Of a stretch of 64,000 bases of DNA, positions 20,081-29,673 are shown piece by piece. Source of the DNA: Eubacteriales bacterium (lineage in GTDB: Bacteria > Bacillota > Clostridia > Oscillospirales > CAG-272); the NCBI GenBank assembly GCA_045658315.1, contig JAZOUV010000023.1, forward strand, positions 15,065 to 79,064, in the 5' to 3' direction. The position numbers were made by a program, and so were the translations under genes. Position 1 is the first letter of the stretch; each line of letters starts with the position of its first letter. The notes under the pieces were generated by a model. It ran no database searches. It had not been told where the DNA came from and was given only the letters and a program-made list of their open reading frames with translations.

Positions 20081-20210
20081 ATTGGGCGTATTTTCTTTTT
20101 TAGCTGATTGAGGTTTTGGTCAACCTTTTACAAAAGGTTGTGAGCGAGGGGGCGGTGTCCCCGATTATAGACAAACGTATATTTTTACTTAAATAGGAGA
20201 CAATAGATAA

Positions 20211-21611
20211 ATGAAACTTTACAACACATTAACAAGACAAAAGGGGGATTTTACACCTCTTAAAGAAAAAACTGTAAGGATCTACTCTTGCGGACCCACG
20301 GTTTACGGCTATGCACATATAGGCAATATGAGAACGTATTTGTTTATGGACTTTCTTCGCAGAACGTTGCAGTGGAACGGCTACGACCTTCTTCACGCAA
20401 TGAACATAACCGACGTAGGTCACCTTGTAAGCGACGGTGATGACGGCGAGGACAAAATGAACAAAACTGCACGCGAGCAGAAAAAAACTCCTTGGGAAAT
20501 TGCAGAATACTATACAAGTGTGTTTCTTAGAGATATTGACAGACTCAACATTCAGCGTCCCGAGCTTATCCCCAAGGCAACTATGCATATTCAGGAAATG
20601 ATAGAGTTTGTTCAAGGACTGCTTAAGACCGGTTATGCTTACGAAACGAGCGACGGTATTTATTATGATATCAAGAAGTTTAAGGATTACGGCAGACTTT
20701 CCAGAATGAACTTTGATGAAAATCAGGCGGGAGCCCGTGTTGAAGTAAACAGTGAAAAACGCCACCCCGCAGATTTTGCACTTTGGAAAAAGGCTGACCC
20801 CACACACATTATGCAGTGGGAATCTCCTTGGGGTATGGGTTATCCCGGCTGGCATATCGAGTGCTCGGCTATGGGGCTCAAATATCTTGGTGAAGAGTTT
20901 GATATCCACACGGGCGGTGTTGACCATATTCCGATACACCACGAAAACGAGATAGCACAGACTTGCGGTTTGCTCGGGCACCCTGCGGCTAAATGGTGGA
21001 TACACGGCGAATTTATGCTTGTTGACGGCGGTAAGATGTCAAAAAGCCTCGGCAACACATATACTCTTGACCAGCTTGAAGAAAAGGGATATTCTCCTAT
21101 GGTGTTCAGATATTTCTGTTTGAATGCTCACTACGGTCAGAAGCTCAACTTTACATTTGACGGTATGGACTCCGCTAAGAAGTCGCTTAAAAATCTTAAG
21201 AATCAAATTAAGAAGCACAAAGGAGCTGACGGTGTCGTAAGTGAAGAAGAGCTTGCGAAGCTTCTAAAGGAATTTGAAGATGCTATCAACGACGACCTCA
21301 ATATTCCCAAGGCACTCGGTGCTGTATGGAATATGGCGAGATATGAAACAAAGTCAAACGCCATATACGAGCTTATAATCCGTTGCGATTCTATCCTCGG
21401 TATTGACCTTGATAAAGAGGATGTTGAAGAGATATTCGCAAACGAGGTTGACAGCGAGCTTGATAAAGAAATCAAGGAGCAGATTGCACTTCGCCTTGAG
21501 GCAAAGAAGGCAAAGAATTACGCAGAGGCTGACAGAATCAGAAACGAGCTTGCGGCACGCGGTATTGTTCTTACCGACACAAAAGAGGGAACGACTTATA
21601 CCATAAAGTGA
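20211..21611 (+). CDS. cysS: cysteine--tRNA ligase
   Basis: 466 aa. Class I motifs HIGN (AHIGNMR) and KMSKS. AGGAG SD upstream. Confidence 0.97.
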   Translation: MKLYNTLTRQKGDFTPLKEKTVRIYSCGPTVYGYAHIGNMRTYLFMDFLRRTLQWNGYDLLHAMNITDVGHLVSDGDDGEDKMNKTAREQKKTPWEIAEYYTSVFLRDIDRLNIQRPELIPKATMHIQEMIEFVQGLLKTGYAYETSDGIYYDIKKFKDYGRLSRMNFDENQAGARVEVNSEKRHPADFALWKKADPTHIMQWESPWGMGYPGWHIECSAMGLKYLGEEFDIHTGGVDHIPIHHENEIAQTCGLLGHPAAKWWIHGEFMLVDGGKMSKSLGNTYTLDQLEEKGYSPMVFRYFCLNAHYGQKLNFTFDGMDSAKKSLKNLKNQIKKHKGADGVVSEEELAKLLKEFEDAINDDLNIPKALGAVWNMARYETKSNAIYELIIRCDSILGIDLDKEDVEEIFANEVDSELDKEIKEQIALRLEAKKAKNYAEADRIRNELAARGIVLTDTKEGTTYTIK

Positions 21612-21632
21612 TTTTTGAAAAGAGGTAAACAC

Positions 21633-23075
21633 ATGCTGAAAAAAATCGGAATATTATTTCTCGTAATATTGCTGTGTATTTGCAGTATGACATCGTGTGT
21701 TATCGAAATAGACGATAGAAAAGAAGGCGGAGAAACTTCGCCCGAAACGAGCCTTGAAACTGACAGAGTTATCGTACAGATACCGGCTATGCCTGATGTT
21801 CTTGAACAAAGTAAGACAGATGCACAAAAAGCTTTGGATGAGGTTTTTACCGATAAAAATCTTGAAGGTGTTGGGCTCAATATCGTTATTGTTGAAGATA
21901 CAAAGTTGGATTTTTCTCTGAACAGTGATTCTACCTACAGTCGTGCACTGAAACAGCAAAGTATGCTTATTTCGAGCAAACTCGGGTGTAATCTTACTGT
22001 TACGACGACCCCGTACGATACTTTTTTGAGTGATGCTCAGTCATCACTTGATGCAGGTCTTTTTTACGCCGACCTTGTTTGCGTACCCCAAAAGGCAGTG
22101 GGTTACCTAAAGAACCGTAATATGATTGCTGACTTGAATGCTCTTTACGGAGATGTATTCAGTGCGGATTGCTATAATGCTTTGGCTACTTCACAGGCTT
22201 CAGGTAATAACAAGATATACGGCGTGGTGGGAGATGCTGCTGTCAGTCCCGGTGCATATACTTGCGTATATCTGAACAAGACGGTGTCCGATGCATACGG
22301 CTTCACTCAAGAAATATACGATGCTGTGAACAACGGCAGTTGGACTCTTGATTTTATGTTGAGCTATAAGGCGAAATGCATAGAAAACCATCCCGATATT
22401 ATATCCGTCGGTGCGGTCAGCAATGATGAATTTATTGAAACTGTATTCGGTGCTTCGGGAATGAATTATATGACGGCATCTGTAGGTGCTTTGCCTGCGG
22501 TTGCAAACAACGGGGCAAGACTTGACAGCCTGGTTGCAAAGCTGAAAGAGATTACGGGAGATGCTTCTTCTTTTGTCGGTTCAGAAAATGCATACGAGCT
22601 TTTTGAGCAAGAAAAGGTGCTTTTTTACGTTGATACTTTGGAGGTTGCATCCACCCTAAAAGGTAATTATACCGTATTGCCTATGCCTAAGGCGGATGCA
22701 GAGCAGGATAAGTATTACACTCCTGCAAACGAAAATGCATATGTTTTTTGCGTGCTGACTTCAAACAACCGCACCGAATATGCTGTTGATTTGCTCCGTG
22801 CATTCAATGAGACCGGAGCTATGCTCAGCGATGCATGTGCCAGAGATTTTCTTGATTTTGCTTTGCGTAATGAACAATCGTATAATTATGTAAAGGAAAT
22901 ATTCAAGAATCCCGTTTACGATTTTGCCTATATGTATGGAGAGTACTATCCGAGTGTTGCGGCATCAAGCTACGGTGCATTGCAACAGGCGGTTACAACA
23001 AGGACCCCGTTTACGTACTATACGGGAAGGCAGGCATACGCTCTCCGAAATGATTTGAATAAGATATTTTCCTGA
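21633..23075 (+). CDS. lipoprotein, possibly solute-binding-protein-like (function unknown)
   Basis: Signal peptide with lipobox (LLCICSMTSC). Start placed at ATG 21633 behind AAGAGGT. The body shows weak resemblance to family-1 extracellular solute-binding proteins. No permease genes are adjacent. Confidence 0.55.
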   Translation: MLKKIGILFLVILLCICSMTSCVIEIDDRKEGGETSPETSLETDRVIVQIPAMPDVLEQSKTDAQKALDEVFTDKNLEGVGLNIVIVEDTKLDFSLNSDSTYSRALKQQSMLISSKLGCNLTVTTTPYDTFLSDAQSSLDAGLFYADLVCVPQKAVGYLKNRNMIADLNALYGDVFSADCYNALATSQASGNNKIYGVVGDAAVSPGAYTCVYLNKTVSDAYGFTQEIYDAVNNGSWTLDFMLSYKAKCIENHPDIISVGAVSNDEFIETVFGASGMNYMTASVGALPAVANNGARLDSLVAKLKEITGDASSFVGSENAYELFEQEKVLFYVDTLEVASTLKGNYTVLPMPKADAEQDKYYTPANENAYVFCVLTSNNRTEYAVDLLRAFNETGAMLSDACARDFLDFALRNEQSYNYVKEIFKNPVYDFAYMYGEYYPSVAASSYGALQQAVTTRTPFTYYTGRQAYALRNDLNKIFS

Positions 23076-23113
23076 CGGGAAATGTAAACAAAATGTAAAA
23101 TAATACAAAGCTC

Positions 23114-23142
23114 TTTACAAAATTAGGAAATTGTGTTATATT
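23114..23142 (+). promoter_or_regulatory. promoter of rpsO
   Basis: TTTACA, a 17-nt spacer, then TATATT with an upstream TGT (extended -10). Leaves a ~100-nt leader before rpsO. Confidence 0.6.
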
Positions 23143-23252
23143 AACAAGGTATGAAATCGTAGGCTCGGTTTGCGGACAAAAAAGCGAAAATGCTTTGCTT
23201 CACCGACCGCATGGCTTAGCTTGTACGAAAATATTTTATGAGGTGAAAGACT

Positions 23253-23516
23253 ATGTTGAAAGAACAGAAACAGCAGATTATTGAAGCTAACAAGCTTCAC
23301 GACGGAGACACAGGATCCCCCGAGGTACAGATTGCTATCCTTACCGATAGAATCAACAGCCTTACAGAGCATCTTAAGAAGAATCCTAACGACCACCACT
23401 CAAGACGCGGATTGCTCAAGATGGTTGGACGCAGAAGAAATCTTCTCGGTTATCTCACAAAGAAGGATATCAACCGTTATCGTGCAATTATCGAAAAACT
23501 CGGTATCCGTAAATAA
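23253..23516 (+). CDS. rpsO: 30S ribosomal protein S15
   Basis: 87 aa. [45 protein letters not shown]. Confidence 0.97.
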   Translation: MLKEQKQQIIEANKLHDGDTGSPEVQIAILTDRINSLTEHLKKNPNDHHSRRGLLKMVGRRRNLLGYLTKKDINRYRAIIEKLGIRK

Positions 23517-23530
23517 AACACGCTTAGATG

Positions 23531-23555
23531 GGGCAGAATTTTTACGGTTCTGCCC
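23531..23555 (+). terminator. hairpin after rpsO (weak or partial terminator)
   Basis: GGGCAGAA-tttttacgg-TTCTGCCC with no clean T-run. This is compatible with partial read-through into pnp. Confidence 0.4.
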
Positions 23556-23698
23556 TATAAGTTTATAAAACAAAATATTTTTACAAAATTAATTAATACG
23601 GCATAGCGGTTTAGCAATTAAATATCTGCCCGATTACATTTTCCGGACGGCTATTTAAGTGCTAAAACCTATGACCGTAAAAAAGACGGAGGAAGAAA

Positions 23699-26023
23699 AT
23701 GTTTGAGAACTTTAAGACATTCGAGTATGAATTGTCAGGAAGAAAGCTTGTAATTGAAACAGGCAAAATGGCAGGTCTTGCAAACGGCTCCTGCTTGGTT
23801 CGCTTTGGCGACACGGTTATTCTTGCGACCGCAACTGCAAGTGCAAAACCCAGAGACGGCATTGACTTTTTGCCCCTTTCTGTTGATTTTGAGGAAAGGC
23901 TTTATGCTGTGGGAAGAATCCCCGGCGGTTATCTTAAGAGAGAAGGCAAGCCCTCTGAAAAGGCTATTCTTACATCACGTGTTATTGACAGACCTATCAG
24001 ACCTTTGTTCCCTAAGGATTTGCGTAACGATGTTAACCTCAGCCTCACCGTGCTTTGCGTTGACAACGATAACAGCCCCGAGATTGCAGGCATGATTGGT
24101 GCATCTATCGCACTGTCCATTTCCGATATTCCGTGGAACGGTCCTATTGCAGGTGTGTTTGTTGGCTTGGTTGACGGACAGATTGTGCTTAATCCGACAG
24201 TTGAGCAGAGAGAAAAGAGCGACCTTGAGCTTACCGTTGCAGGCAGCCTTAACAAAGTTGTTATGATTGAAGCGGGAGCTAAGGAAGTTAGCGATGACGA
24301 TATGTTCAACGCAATTATGACAGCTCACGAAGAGATTAAGAATATTTGTAACTTTATCAATACTATTGTCGCAGAGGTAGGCAAACCCAAGTTTGATTAT
24401 CCTTCTTGCGAATTTGACCACGATATGTTTGACAAGGTATTTGATTTTTGCGAAAAGGACGTTATGTTCGCTCTTGATACAGACGACAAGAATGTTCGTG
24501 ATGAGAGAATGCAGCCCATTACAGACGCTATCGTTGAAAAGTTCAGCGAAGAATATCCCGAAATGCCCGACATTATCGGTGAGCTTATTTATAAGATTCA
24601 GAAGAAGATTGTTCGTCGTTGGCTCCTTGAAGACGGCAAACGTGTTGACGGCAGAAGAATGGATCAGATTAGACCCTTGGCTGCTGAAGTCGGCTTGTTC
24701 AACAGAACACACGGTAGCGGTATGTTCACTCGTGGACAGACTCAGGTTATGACGATTGCGACACTCGGACCGATAGGCGACGCTCAGATGCTTGACGGTA
24801 TTGATACCGAAGAAACAAAGAGATATATGCACCACTACAATATGCCCGGCTACTCTGTTGGTGAAGCTAAGTCTTCCAGAGGTCCCGGCAGACGTGAGAT
24901 AGGACACGGTGCTTTAGCTGAGCGTTCTCTTGTTCCCGTGCTTCCTCCCGTTGATGAATTCCCCTATGCCATCAGATGCGTATCCGAAGTTATCAGTTCA
25001 AACGGTTCAACCTCTCAGGCGTCCGTTTGTGGTTCAACTCTTGCTCTTATGGACGCAGGTGTTCCGATTAAGGCACCCGTTGCAGGTATTTCCTGTGGTC
25101 TTATTACCGAGGGTGAACGTTGGATGACTATGATTGATATTCAGGGTCTTGAAGACTTCTACGGCGATATGGACTTTAAGGTTGCAGGTACTCACAAGGG
25201 TATTACTTCAATTCAGATGGACCTTAAGATTGACGGTCTTACTCCGGAAATCATCAAGAATGCTCTTGAAGTTACTCACAAGGGAAGAGATTATATTATT
25301 GATGAGATTCTTCTCAAGGCTATTCCCGAATCAAGAGCTGACGTTTCCGAATATGCTCCCAAGATGCTTACAATGCATATTGACCCCGATAAGATTAGGG
25401 AAGTTATCGGTTCCGGCGGTAAGGTTATCCAAAAGATTGTTGCTGATACGGGTGCTAAAATTGATATCGAAGATGACGGCACAATTTATATTTCCGCAGT
25501 AAACAGAGACAGTGCTTATGCAGCTAAAGAGATAATCGATGGTATCGTATTTGAACCCGAGGTTGGTGCTATCTATACGGGTAAGGTTACAAGAGTTATT
25601 CCGATTGGTGCGTTCGTTGAGTTTGCTCCCGGCAAGGAAGGTCTCGTTCACATTAGTAAACTCGATTACAAGAGAGTTGAAAAGGTTGAAGACGTTTGCA
25701 ATGAGGGCGACGTGATTACCGTTAAGTTTATGGGAACTGACGAGAAGGGCAGACTTAACCTCTCCAGAAAAGATGCTATGCCCAAGCCCGAAGGCTATGA
25801 GGAAAGAGAAAGACGCCCTCAGAACAATAACAACAGACCTCGCAACAACGGCGGAGATAGGTATAGAGAAAATTCCAACAGACGTCCCTACAACAGAGAC
25901 GAATATAAGCCCGAAGCTTCAAAAGCTCCTGTAGAAGAAGCACCCAAGGTTGAAGAACCTAAGGTTGAAGCTCCTGCAGAAGCTGAAAGTAAAGGACTTT
26001 TCGGATTTTTCAAAAAGAAATAA
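23699..26023 (+). CDS. pnp: polyribonucleotide nucleotidyltransferase (PNPase) with extended C-terminal tail
   Basis: 774 aa. Two RNase PH domains, then KH (GSGGKVIQKIVADTGAKIDI) and S1 (GKVTRVIPIGAFVEFAPGKEGLVHIS), plus a ~70-aa low-complexity tail. Confidence 0.97.
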   Translation: MFENFKTFEYELSGRKLVIETGKMAGLANGSCLVRFGDTVILATATASAKPRDGIDFLPLSVDFEERLYAVGRIPGGYLKREGKPSEKAILTSRVIDRPIRPLFPKDLRNDVNLSLTVLCVDNDNSPEIAGMIGASIALSISDIPWNGPIAGVFVGLVDGQIVLNPTVEQREKSDLELTVAGSLNKVVMIEAGAKEVSDDDMFNAIMTAHEEIKNICNFINTIVAEVGKPKFDYPSCEFDHDMFDKVFDFCEKDVMFALDTDDKNVRDERMQPITDAIVEKFSEEYPEMPDIIGELIYKIQKKIVRRWLLEDGKRVDGRRMDQIRPLAAEVGLFNRTHGSGMFTRGQTQVMTIATLGPIGDAQMLDGIDTEETKRYMHHYNMPGYSVGEAKSSRGPGRREIGHGALAERSLVPVLPPVDEFPYAIRCVSEVISSNGSTSQASVCGSTLALMDAGVPIKAPVAGISCGLITEGERWMTMIDIQGLEDFYGDMDFKVAGTHKGITSIQMDLKIDGLTPEIIKNALEVTHKGRDYIIDEILLKAIPESRADVSEYAPKMLTMHIDPDKIREVIGSGGKVIQKIVADTGAKIDIEDDGTIYISAVNRDSAYAAKEIIDGIVFEPEVGAIYTGKVTRVIPIGAFVEFAPGKEGLVHISKLDYKRVEKVEDVCNEGDVITVKFMGTDEKGRLNLSRKDAMPKPEGYEERERRPQNNNNRPRNNGGDRYRENSNRRPYNRDEYKPEASKAPVEEAPKVEEPKVEAPAEAESKGLFGFFKKK

Positions 26024-26034
26024 GTTTTAGATAA

Positions 26035-26080
26035 AAGCAAGAAAATGTCCGTGAAAACGGACATTTTCTTGCTTTTGGTT
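26035..26080 (+). terminator. rho-independent terminator after pnp
   Basis: AAGCAAGAAAATGTCCGT-gaaa-ACGGACATTTTCTTGCTT, an 18-bp stem, followed by TTGGTT. Confidence 0.8.
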
Positions 26081-26231
26081 GTAATAGTTAATTGCATCAA
26101 CAATATAAGCACATGCTTTGGAGTTCTGCCGAACACGGTGAACACGCTAAACGCTTTGCACAAACCACAGGTTATTATTGTAAAAAAAACAAATTGTATT
26201 GATTTTATAGCAAAAAAATGAGAGCTTTTTC

Positions 26232-26260
26232 TTGACTGTTTTGTTGCTATGTGATATAAT
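26232..26260 (+). promoter_or_regulatory. promoter of the 1039-aa secreted protein gene
   Basis: TTGACT, a 17-nt spacer, then TATAAT with an upstream TGa (extended -10). Confidence 0.7.
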
Positions 26261-26290
26261 AAATATATATGATTTTAGAGAGGTGCAAGA

Positions 26291-29200
26291 ATGAAACGTT
26301 TTTTTGGCTTTTTTAGCATAACATTGATAATGATGTCTGTAATAGTGCTGTCGATGTTTGCTTTTGGTGTATTGGCGGACACCGGTACAATTGATGAGAA
26401 TGTCATATACATCAAAAATAATCCCTCGGTGGGCGGAACGGGAAAAACTGCGACTGATCCGCTTTATCCTATCCAATATCCCGCAAGGGACTTAGAGTCG
26501 AATGGTATCACTCAAAATAACTACAAAAATACGGCATTATATCAAGCTGTAGAAAAACTGTCGGATACAGGCGGAACGGTTGTTATTTGCGGTGATTATA
26601 CACTTACGAATGATAATGCCAGAGGCAGAGATGATAACTTTGAGTATTGTCTTCCCATAACTAAAAAGGCTGTACGTATAACAAGTTATTACAGGGATAA
26701 GAATAACAAGGTTGAGGATTACAGAAATAACGCGAAGTTGATTCTGCAAGGTAATTTTCATATTATTTTGAACGGACCTACCGTTTGGGAAAATTTGAAC
26801 ATTAATACAAGTCTTTCCGCCGACAGAGCAATCTGTTGCAATGGAAACAAGACCGTATTCGGTGAAGGTTTGACCTGTACAACAGAAAATAATCGTTATC
26901 TTTCCATAGCAGGCGGCAAGAGGTATGAGGGTTTTACCTCTGATGTTGATGTTACCGTAAAAAGCGGAACGTTTTATAAATTGATAGGCACAACATGGAC
27001 AAATCCGGATCCCAACAATAGCGGAGTTGAAATAGACTGCATAGGTGATGTAAATCTTCAAATAGAGGGTGGGCAAATTACGTATGTTTATGGAAACTCA
27101 CACAATACAGTTCCTAATTCTTTTCATTGGGGTGATGTTAATATATCGATAACCGGAGGAAAAATTTCCGGCGGATATATAGCGTGTACCGGGAACGGCG
27201 GTTTTAAGACTGAGTCTTGTAAGGTTAATGTAAAGATTTCCGGCAGTACGTTTGATTCCGGTATAGTAATAAAAAGCCGAGAAACGTGGGATGGAGAAGA
27301 GATAACCGGTTTTGCATCTAATAATATAAACATTGATTTAACTGATGCCGTTGGAGTGCCTGATGGTAGACTAAACACAATTGTAACAAATCTTCCCGAG
27401 GGTGCTAAGGTAAAATATCCTACTGACTGGATAACCGGTGTCATAATGACAAACGCACCTTCTGCGGACACGTTTGTATTCTGCGGAGACAAGGCTACCG
27501 CTGAGGGAGCAGTTTTAAATGTAACGTATCAGAATCCGATATCCGGGAATTACATATATCAGACCGTTGAATACAGCAAGAATAATTCTGCATTCAGGGC
27601 TGTATACGACGAATCAAAGAATGGGAATGTTGATATAGACTATTATTTCGGTGATAAGAAATATCACACCGGCAAAATAGACGTAATAGCAGTGCCCGAT
27701 GTTGATATTGACGGCGTGCGGATAAGAACCGATACTAAGGAACAGCAGATGTACGGTTGGGGAAATTATACGTCGGGAGATTATTCCCAAATAGAAGTGA
27801 AGGAATGTGGAGTTATAGCGATTCCGTCCGACATGCTTGTTACGGGTGAGCCTTTTGACCATACGAATACATACAAAATGTATGACGCTGTAGCAGATAA
27901 AAATATATATAGCGGCTCAAAAATATCTTTTGGTGCACTTGTATTTGGTGATGAAGCTATAAGAGAGAACAATTATAACAGAGATTACAGCTTGAGAGCT
28001 TATGTGAAAATAAGCTACAACGGCAAAGATTATTACAGATATTCGGATATAATCCAAAGAAGCTTTTATGATGTTGCTAAAATGGCAATAGAGGGAGATA
28101 AGGAGACTGCAGAGACAAAAACTGCATTGAATACAAATCTTATTTCGGTATATGACAATTACGATGAAACCACTAAGTATAACTCCGAGGGAGCAACGGC
28201 GGCAAGACAAAAAGTAGTTAGTTATATGGAATCTATGATGAATATCGAGTGGACTCCTAATAAGACATTTATTTTATACAATAACCCCAACCACGCAAAA
28301 GGAGCTGCCTACAGTATTGGACCCGGTTCGACCGAAATGTACGCGATATTTATTGCAGGTAAAACATATCGTGGTATCCCCTACGTGAACAATACTCTGG
28401 CACAGCTTGAGAACTTTAAGGATAGAATAGCGGAAAAAGAAAATTCTATTATTAAAAACAATTTGGTTCACACTTGGTCGATTAGTAGTGATTATATCTT
28501 TACCCTTTGGCTTTCTGATGCAGAGGAACTAGACGGAGTGGAAAATGCGAGGAATTTCCCCGGAAACGACTGTTATTATTCCGTGTTGTTTGCATGGAAC
28601 ACTGTTTTGAACAACCGAGCACAGATAAGTCTTATGAACTCGTTAGAAAACAGTCTTGGCGGTAAAAACGGTGTAATTGCCGTGGGTAATTACGATAACA
28701 GTAATTATTATGATAATAGTACGTATGGTATTAGCACGAAGCAGACGGTACAAGCGAATGGCGAACAGACGATGGCGAATGCTTACGCTAAGTTGCAACC
28801 CGGAGATGCTACGGTTTATGCTTATACCGATAGTAACGGTAATATTCAACGTCATGTCCGTATGATTCACAAAGCCCCGACTGTTAAATATACTACTGCA
28901 GGTAAAATTGACCTTGCGAACAGTGAAGTAGAATGTATAGACCAAGCCGGTGGCGGAGATACAAGATATATTTGGAATAATAGCATTTCTTCAATACAGG
29001 TAAAAACAAGAACTTTTAAGGAAATGTATACTGAAGGATCGCTTCCGATAACGATTCCCGAGCTTGCGACAGGAAACTCAGATGCACAGTTTACCTACGC
29101 TGCGAAAATGAATCTTGAAGAGGATCTTCCACAAGGCAAGATTTCCGGTGTAATAAAGTCAAACAGACAGATAATATCCGTGAAAGCGGTTATAAGCCAA

Positions 29201-29410
29201 AATGGTTCAGTAGTAAAAGAGGTAAAAGAAACTCTTTCGACGCAAGGATCAATGGTTCATATAGATCTGTATAACTTGCGTACTCTTGACCTCAGCGGAT
29301 TAAATTTGACACCGGGCGGCAACTACGAATTTGACCTTTATGCATGTGTATCAGGCATGAACGGAGCAGAAGTGCAACTCGTAGACAGCTACGAATTTAC
29401 TGCTGCATAA
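26291..29410 (+). CDS. large secreted multidomain protein: signal peptide, beta-helix-like repeat domain, papain-fold (NlpC/P60-like) candidate domain
   Basis: 1039 aa. Signal peptide MKRFFGFFSITLIMMSVIVLSMFAFGVLA. N-terminal ~300 aa are paralogous to the ORF at 60821-62146. GNDCYYS and PGD...RHVRMIH motifs occur near aa 760-860. Confidence 0.7.
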   Translation: MKRFFGFFSITLIMMSVIVLSMFAFGVLADTGTIDENVIYIKNNPSVGGTGKTATDPLYPIQYPARDLESNGITQNNYKNTALYQAVEKLSDTGGTVVICGDYTLTNDNARGRDDNFEYCLPITKKAVRITSYYRDKNNKVEDYRNNAKLILQGNFHIILNGPTVWENLNINTSLSADRAICCNGNKTVFGEGLTCTTENNRYLSIAGGKRYEGFTSDVDVTVKSGTFYKLIGTTWTNPDPNNSGVEIDCIGDVNLQIEGGQITYVYGNSHNTVPNSFHWGDVNISITGGKISGGYIACTGNGGFKTESCKVNVKISGSTFDSGIVIKSRETWDGEEITGFASNNINIDLTDAVGVPDGRLNTIVTNLPEGAKVKYPTDWITGVIMTNAPSADTFVFCGDKATAEGAVLNVTYQNPISGNYIYQTVEYSKNNSAFRAVYDESKNGNVDIDYYFGDKKYHTGKIDVIAVPDVDIDGVRIRTDTKEQQMYGWGNYTSGDYSQIEVKECGVIAIPSDMLVTGEPFDHTNTYKMYDAVADKNIYSGSKISFGALVFGDEAIRENNYNRDYSLRAYVKISYNGKDYYRYSDIIQRSFYDVAKMAIEGDKETAETKTALNTNLISVYDNYDETTKYNSEGATAARQKVVSYMESMMNIEWTPNKTFILYNNPNHAKGAAYSIGPGSTEMYAIFIAGKTYRGIPYVNNTLAQLENFKDRIAEKENSIIKNNLVHTWSISSDYIFTLWLSDAEELDGVENARNFPGNDCYYSVLFAWNTVLNNRAQISLMNSLENSLGGKNGVIAVGNYDNSNYYDNSTYGISTKQTVQANGEQTMANAYAKLQPGDATVYAYTDSNGNIQRHVRMIHKAPTVKYTTAGKIDLANSEVECIDQAGGGDTRYIWNNSISSIQVKTRTFKEMYTEGSLPITIPELATGNSDAQFTYAAKMNLEEDLPQGKISGVIKSNRQIISVKAVISQNGSVVKEVKETLSTQGSMVHIDLYNLRTLDLSGLNLTPGGNYEFDLYACVSGMNGAEVQLVDSYEFTAA

Positions 29411-29472
29411 GCTGTTACGATATATTCAAACAGCAAAACTGCGGATAATATCTAACCAATAACACAAATAAG

Positions 29473-29507
29473 AAATGGGCTGAGTTATTTACTTAGCCCA
29501 TTTTTTT
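29473..29507 (+). terminator. rho-independent terminator
   Basis: AAATGGGCTGAGT-tattt-ACTTAGCCCATTT plus a T7 run. Confidence 0.85.
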
Positions 29508-29673
29508 AAAAGCCTTTGTTTTGAAGTTTTTTTGCTTGAGTTTTTTTACATCCCCTATTTAAAAAAACAAGCACCCCAAAAAGTATATATACGAAATATT
29601 GCAAAAGACTATTGTTTTATTATTAAATTCTGTTATAATAAATTATAAGAATAAATACGAAAGACGGTAAGAG

